NCBI GenBank assembly: GCA_964484315.1 | Contig: CAZAEF010000002.1 | Location: 1-36,050 of the forward strand | Length of the DNA stretch: 36,050 bases | Direction: 5' to 3' | From: an uncultured Candidatus Saccharibacteria bacterium | Lineage (GTDB): Bacteria > Patescibacteriota > Minisyncoccia > Phycocordibacterales > PALSA-1337 | Shown here: positions 31,699 to 36,050 of the stretch, one piece after another | Layout of the letters: the number at the start of each line of letters is the position of its first letter | How positions within the stretch are numbered: position 1 is the first letter of the stretch | Translations under genes and position numbers: made by a program | The notes under the pieces: generated by a model | Databases searched by the model: none | Told to the model about the DNA's origin: nothing | Seen by the model: only the letters and a program-made list of their open reading frames with translations

Positions 31699-32568
31699 AT
31701 GTATTTAATTATCCTCTATTATAAATATATCTACATCGAAAATCCCGAGGCGATTACAGCATTGCAGAGGGAACTATGCATTCGTCTTGATCTAACCGGA
31801 CGGATTATCATTGCACATGAAGGGATAAATGGGACTTTGGAAGGTACAGCGGATAATATAGAAAAATATATAAAAGAGACGAAGAAAATCAAAGAGTTCA
31901 GCGATATTAATTTTAAAAAAAGTGAAGGACAAGGTCGGTCTTTTCCGAAACTTTCAGTCAAGCTTCGCAAAGAGATAGTAACACTTGGTCGTCCTAATAT
32001 TTTCCCTATACCTAGTGAGACTGGCGCTGACTATATGAATGCAGAAGATCTCCATATGCTTCTCGAAAAAAAGAAGGACGAAGTGGTCGTTCTCGATATG
32101 AGAAATGAGTATGAATTGAAAGTAGGTAAATTCGATTCTTCTATTGCTCTTCCTGTGCAGAACTTTCGAGAGATACCTGCCCATGCGAGAGAACTAGAAA
32201 AATATAAGAATAAGACTGTGGTGGCAGTATGTACTGGTGGGGTTAGATGTGAAAAGGGTACAGCGTATCTCAAACAGGAGCTTGGTTTCGAACATATTTA
32301 TCAACTTCATGACGGTATTGTCACCTACATGACGAAATATCCCAGAGGTCATTTCAAAGGAGCTCTCTATGTTTTCGACGGACGAGTGACAATGCGTACC
32401 GATGGTATGCCTGTAGAAGTTATTGGGAAATGCGAATTGTGTGGGTCAGCATCAGAGAAATTCGTGAATTGCTCACTAGCTAAATGTCACAAGCACTTTA
32501 TCGTTTGTCTTACTTGTTTAGAAAAATCAGGTGGTGAAAAGAAAATAGTATGTGACAAAGAGCACTAA
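31699..32568 (+). CDS. trhO: Rhodanese-domain protein of the YceA/TrhO family (tRNA U34 hydroxylase)
   Basis: ILYYKYIYIENPE...GRIIIAHEGINGTLEG N-terminal UPF0176 pattern, rhodanese active-site loop CTGGVRCEK and a C-terminal Cys cluster. Confidence 0.8.
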   Translation: MYLIILYYKYIYIENPEAITALQRELCIRLDLTGRIIIAHEGINGTLEGTADNIEKYIKETKKIKEFSDINFKKSEGQGRSFPKLSVKLRKEIVTLGRPNIFPIPSETGADYMNAEDLHMLLEKKKDEVVVLDMRNEYELKVGKFDSSIALPVQNFREIPAHARELEKYKNKTVVAVCTGGVRCEKGTAYLKQELGFEHIYQLHDGIVTYMTKYPRGHFKGALYVFDGRVTMRTDGMPVEVIGKCELCGSASEKFVNCSLAKCHKHFIVCLTCLEKSGGEKKIVCDKEH

Positions 32569-32606
32569 GAGAAAACTAAGAGTAGTACAGAAAATGTTAA
32601 ATGTTA

Positions 32607-33308
32607 TCAGCGAATAACTTCCCAATCATTCTTTCTATTTATTTTTTTTGGTATAAGACCATAATATATGTTGATAAAAAACATCTTGATATAACCCTTA
32701 TCTTCGAATCTTCTCGTGGAAGTCAACACATTGGAAGTATCCATAAAGAAATATTTGCCAAATTTTGACAAGTCTCTTCCATAGTGGAGATCTTCAGTCA
32801 GAACAAGACTCTCATCATAAGATACTTTTTTCACCAAGTCCTTATTAACAATGTGTATGACATGCAGTGTCTTCATCATTCTATCAGTCCAATTTCTATA
32901 CCAGAACCAGAAACGACTTTTCGGAGTTGAGGGAAAGGGTGTAAGTGTTGTCGTACCATACTGAACATTTGTTTTTGTATTAAGAAATTCATTGAGCTCC
33001 ATAAGAAAATTTTTCAATAGCAATGTGTCTGCATCCATTATAATGCACCAGTCTAGTTCTGGTGAGCATTTATTGATACCGAAATTTCTTGCTTTAGAAA
33101 CTCCTTTCTGAGAAGAATATATCTTGAAGTTAGCTGAGCTGAATTTCTGAGCCTGATCTAGTGTAGCGTCTGTAGACCCATTCTCTACGAGAATTACTTC
33201 GTATTTATCTCTAGGATAATCCAATTTTTGGAGATAGGTCAATGTGGTGCCGATCAAAGCCTCTTCATTGTGAGCAGGGATAACGATAGAGAAGAAATTG
33301 AATTTCAT
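32607..33308 (-). CDS. Family 2 glycosyltransferase
   Basis: FSIVIPAHNEE, VILVENGSTDAT and IIMDADT (DxD) motifs. Start set at ATG 33308. Confidence 0.8.
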   Translation of the reverse strand: MKFNFFSIVIPAHNEEALIGTTLTYLQKLDYPRDKYEVILVENGSTDATLDQAQKFSSANFKIYSSQKGVSKARNFGINKCSPELDWCIIMDADTLLLKNFLMELNEFLNTKTNVQYGTTTLTPFPSTPKSRFWFWYRNWTDRMMKTLHVIHIVNKDLVKKVSYDESLVLTEDLHYGRDLSKFGKYFFMDTSNVLTSTRRFEDKGYIKMFFINIYYGLIPKKINRKNDWEVIR

Positions 33309-33353
33309 ATGCAATGATTATTATATCTTATATAATGATAGTATTCGAATATT

Positions 33354-34457
33354 ATGCAAAAGAAGGTAAATCTTGAATACATGAATTTGGCCAAGGAGCT
33401 CATATTCTTCTGGTTATTACCCTTTGTCATTATAAGAAAGAAGAAGGGAATAAGGGATATAAATAACTCGGTACTAATTGTTTGTCCATGCCTTATTGGC
33501 GAATTCATGGCCACAGTGCCAGCACTTCGAGACTTTATAAGAAGAAATATAGATAAAAGAGTAGATATTGTTGTTACACCGCCACTAAGGGCGATTGCTG
33601 AGAGAATAATCGGTATAGGGAATATATATTGTGTATCTTCTGTATATTCTAGGAATGATGAAGATTTTAACGACGCCGATCATATACCGAGAGTGTACGA
33701 TCATATACATATTCTACGCTTGAGTTCTTCTGTATTTCATATATTGCGACATATCACATTCTCACATATGAGTCGTAACACACTTCGTTTTACTGCATAT
33801 GTCTTGCATCTATGGAAGTCATTACTATTTCGACGAACGCCGAAGCAATGGAGAGATTTCAATTCCGAACTTCTTGGTGGAGAGACGAATCATATTTCCT
33901 TTGACGAAATATTTTCACTCAAAGATATTGATTACAATGCTATTGAAAAATTCAATATTGAGAATATATCTGGTACGAGGGTGATGATTCACACAGGTTC
34001 CAATTGGCCTATGAAAAAATGGGATAATGAAAAATGGAGAGAACTCATAGAAAGAATCAATAGCAGAATACCTAGCACATTTATTTTTATAGGATCAAAT
34101 CAAGATCTTGATGATTATGAATATATCACTTCTCGCATACCAAGAGTTTCTATACACTCACTCATTGGAAAAACGAATCTTCTTGAAACAATGCTATTAA
34201 TGAGAAAATGTCAATACTTCATAGGTATAGACAGTGGCCCTGCGAATATGGCACATCTATCTGAGTTATCGAGCTTGACTATTTTTGGTCCAGGACCGCA
34301 TATGTATTTACCGAATAATCCAAATGATGTTTTCATCGACAAATCTAGAGGAAGAGGCTTATACCAGATGTTTTTCCGCTCAAGAAATAGTTTTATAGAA
34401 AAGATAACTGTGGATGAAGCGTATGAAAAAGTCTGTCACCTAATGCATATCAACTGA
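33354..34457 (+). CDS. Family 9 glycosyltransferase (heptosyltransferase-like)
   Basis: HTGSNWPMKKWDNEKW, GKTNLLETMLLMRKCQYFIGIDSGPANMAHL and IFGP match GT9 C-terminal motifs. Confidence 0.7.
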   Translation: MQKKVNLEYMNLAKELIFFWLLPFVIIRKKKGIRDINNSVLIVCPCLIGEFMATVPALRDFIRRNIDKRVDIVVTPPLRAIAERIIGIGNIYCVSSVYSRNDEDFNDADHIPRVYDHIHILRLSSSVFHILRHITFSHMSRNTLRFTAYVLHLWKSLLFRRTPKQWRDFNSELLGGETNHISFDEIFSLKDIDYNAIEKFNIENISGTRVMIHTGSNWPMKKWDNEKWRELIERINSRIPSTFIFIGSNQDLDDYEYITSRIPRVSIHSLIGKTNLLETMLLMRKCQYFIGIDSGPANMAHLSELSSLTIFGPGPHMYLPNNPNDVFIDKSRGRGLYQMFFRSRNSFIEKITVDEAYEKVCHLMHIN

Positions 34458-35040
34458 CAATTTTCTTTTTCATATATTTTGCAAAACCTATGAAAGCTAA
34501 CACTATCATCAAAAATAAGGCAATTATTGTCATACGAGCTAGGATATGATCAAATGTTATGTAGAGATTACTGAAGAAATAGCCGAAAGCCATGAGCAAT
34601 CCAGTCCAAGCGAATTGCCCTATAAAATTCAGAAATATATAATGCCTGAAAGGTATCCTTACAAGTCCTGCTGTGAAAAGAGTAACAATGGCGAAACCAA
34701 AACCAGTTGTTAATTTCGATATGATAAGTATTGATTTTGTATATTTATGAAAAACATGTGTCACTTTTCTAATTCCGTCTACAGTGATATTGAAATATTT
34801 TCCATATCTAATGACAAATCCATATCCTAGATGTTTACCAATATGATACCAAACAGTATCTCCGACGAGATCTCCAAGCATCAATGCAAAGTATATGGGG
34901 AGGAAGCTAAAATATCCTAGTTTGATCAGTATTCCGAAGATGATAGAAAGAATTGGTCCTTCTATACATGCGAAAATAATAATAAATGCGTATACCCACA
35001 CGGTGTGATCATTCGATAGACTGATGAGCCATTCTTGCAT
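34450..35040 (-). CDS. DedA/VTT-domain membrane protein
   Basis: FACIEGPILSIIFG...ALMLGDLVGDTVWYHIGKHLG resembles the DedA signature. Multi-TM, 196 aa. Confidence 0.7.
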   Translation of the reverse strand: MQEWLISLSNDHTVWVYAFIIIFACIEGPILSIIFGILIKLGYFSFLPIYFALMLGDLVGDTVWYHIGKHLGYGFVIRYGKYFNITVDGIRKVTHVFHKYTKSILIISKLTTGFGFAIVTLFTAGLVRIPFRHYIFLNFIGQFAWTGLLMAFGYFFSNLYITFDHILARMTIIALFLMIVLAFIGFAKYMKKKIVS

Positions 35041-35049
35041 ATGTATGTA

Positions 35050-35700
35050 TTAGAGTTGAGGGTATTCCTTCTTGAATTCTTCGAAATCTCTCGCATATAT
35101 CCTCTTTGTAATAATATGTATGCCGTATGTAATAAAGTACGCTGAAGCCACATCTATAGAATAATGAATATGTCCTAGGAGCACACTAACTGCGGCAATT
35201 ATTGACATAAAGAAAAATAAAAATCTAAGTCTACGATCATACCAGTACATTAGAGAAAATAGGAATGGCATTCCTGTATGACCAGAGAAGAATAGATCGG
35301 CTCCGGAACTGAACGCCCTACCTATTTCTCCAGGAGATTCTAGTGTATTGAGAGGAGAAGGTCCTATATGTGTGAGAGTTACGAAGAGGGATCTCACGAC
35401 TATAAAAAGAGCAATAGACTTCAGAACGAACGATATTTTATGAGGTTGTAATATGAGAAATATGGTTACGAGTATTATGAATATGATCGTACCTACGATA
35501 AATGTCGTATCCATATTGACTACAGGTAAGTTGTCGAGGAGAATATCGGTCACACTATTGCTCTTGTTCACATAGGCATATTGGCTAGCGAAATAGTTTA
35601 CAACTAGACTGGCTAGGAGAAAAAGCAATGCTACTGCAAGTGATATTAAAGAGCTCGGTTCAGATAGAAATATCCTATATCTTTCTGTTATTTTTTTCAT
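35050..35700 (-). CDS. PAP2_C / sphingomyelin-synthase-like membrane protein
   Basis: GADLFFSGHTG and GHIHYSIDVASAYFITYG match the SGHT and HYxxDV motifs of the PAP2_C (SMS/IPC-synthase-related) family. Six or so TM segments. Confidence 0.65.
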   Translation of the reverse strand: MKKITERYRIFLSEPSSLISLAVALLFLLASLVVNYFASQYAYVNKSNSVTDILLDNLPVVNMDTTFIVGTIIFIILVTIFLILQPHKISFVLKSIALFIVVRSLFVTLTHIGPSPLNTLESPGEIGRAFSSGADLFFSGHTGMPFLFSLMYWYDRRLRFLFFFMSIIAAVSVLLGHIHYSIDVASAYFITYGIHIITKRIYARDFEEFKKEYPQL

Positions 35701-35739
35701 AGATTATGTTGAGACTTAGTATAGCAGAAGTGTTATAGA

Positions 35740-35767
35740 TTGACAAAAAACACTATTCCTGTATACT
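35740..35767 (+). promoter_or_regulatory. Sigma70 promoter for the RRM gene
   Basis: TTGACA-N16-TATACT, followed by a ~55-nt leader. Confidence 0.6.
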
Positions 35768-35827
35768 ATCTGAGTAAGTTTTCCTAGTCGCTTACGTTTA
35801 TATTTAAAGACGAGGTTATACAAGAAA

Positions 35828-36050
35828 ATGGCAAAGAAGCTATATGTAGGGGGTATTTCTTACAGCACAAGCGAAGACGCTCTCAAGGCGCATTTCGCTT
35901 CCGCTGGAGCAGTTGAGTCAGCTAGCATTATCATGGACAAGATGACAGGCCGTTCAAAGGGCTTTGGATTCGTTCAGATGGCAAGCGATGCTGATGCAGA
36001 CAACGCTATTAACATGTTTAATGGCAAGGAGCTCGAAGGAAGAACTCTTA
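35828..36050 (+). CDS. RRM-type RNA-binding protein (partial, runs off the window)
   Basis: Hand translation gives MAKKLYVGGISYSTSEDALKAHF...GRSKGFGFVQMASDADADNAINMFNGKELEGRTL. RNP2 is LYVGGI and RNP1 is KGFGFVQM. Not in the ORF track because it is truncated. Confidence 0.9.
   Translation, partial: MAKKLYVGGISYSTSEDALKAHFASAGAVESASIIMDKMTGRSKGFGFVQMASDADADNAINMFNGKELEGRTL

Overview
AT-rich, gene-dense, mostly plus-strand window. It looks like a small-genome bacterium, probably CPR/Patescibacteria-like; that assignment is inference only. All protein calls come from motifs read by eye in the supplied translations. No database search was run.

Core genes, in order:
- DUF2339-like membrane protein, pyruvoyl SAM decarboxylase, M23 peptidase, GIY-YIG protein
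- an amber-interrupted Bro-N gene, HI0933-type flavoprotein, DEAD-box helicase with an RGG-type N-terminal tail
- GAPDH, a class III Fic
- a non-oxidative pentose-phosphate cluster (rpiB, rpe, split transketolase) with a HigB/Gp49-type toxin plus XRE antitoxin inserted between the two transketolase halves
- a uvrB / tandem-receiver / uvrA / short-uvrC cluster, then ddl
- at the right end: trhO, GT2, GT9, DedA, a PAP2_C (sphingomyelin-synthase-like) protein and a partial RRM RNA-binding protein

Most unusual region, about 23.9-31.6 kb: tRNA-Ala(UGC) is followed by roughly 6 kb of self-contained single-gene units, each with a promoter, one ORF and a terminator. The units are separated by two families of junction repeats.
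- Family A: copies of the last 19 nt of the tRNA.
- Family B: a 36-nt core, identical in three copies.
- Both families end in GTCCAC.
- Cargo: two NYN nuclease paralogues, an orphan methyltransferase, an HTH protein, an acidic Cys-knuckle protein and two phosphatases.
- No recombinase is encoded in the window.

I read this as a tRNA-anchored, integron-like cassette array (hypothesis). Two further elements stand out: a GC-rich triple-hairpin element right after the tRNA, and a roughly 300-nt ORF-free candidate structured RNA at 30951-31252. Many genes appear to be leaderless behind TGnTATAAT extended -10 promoters.
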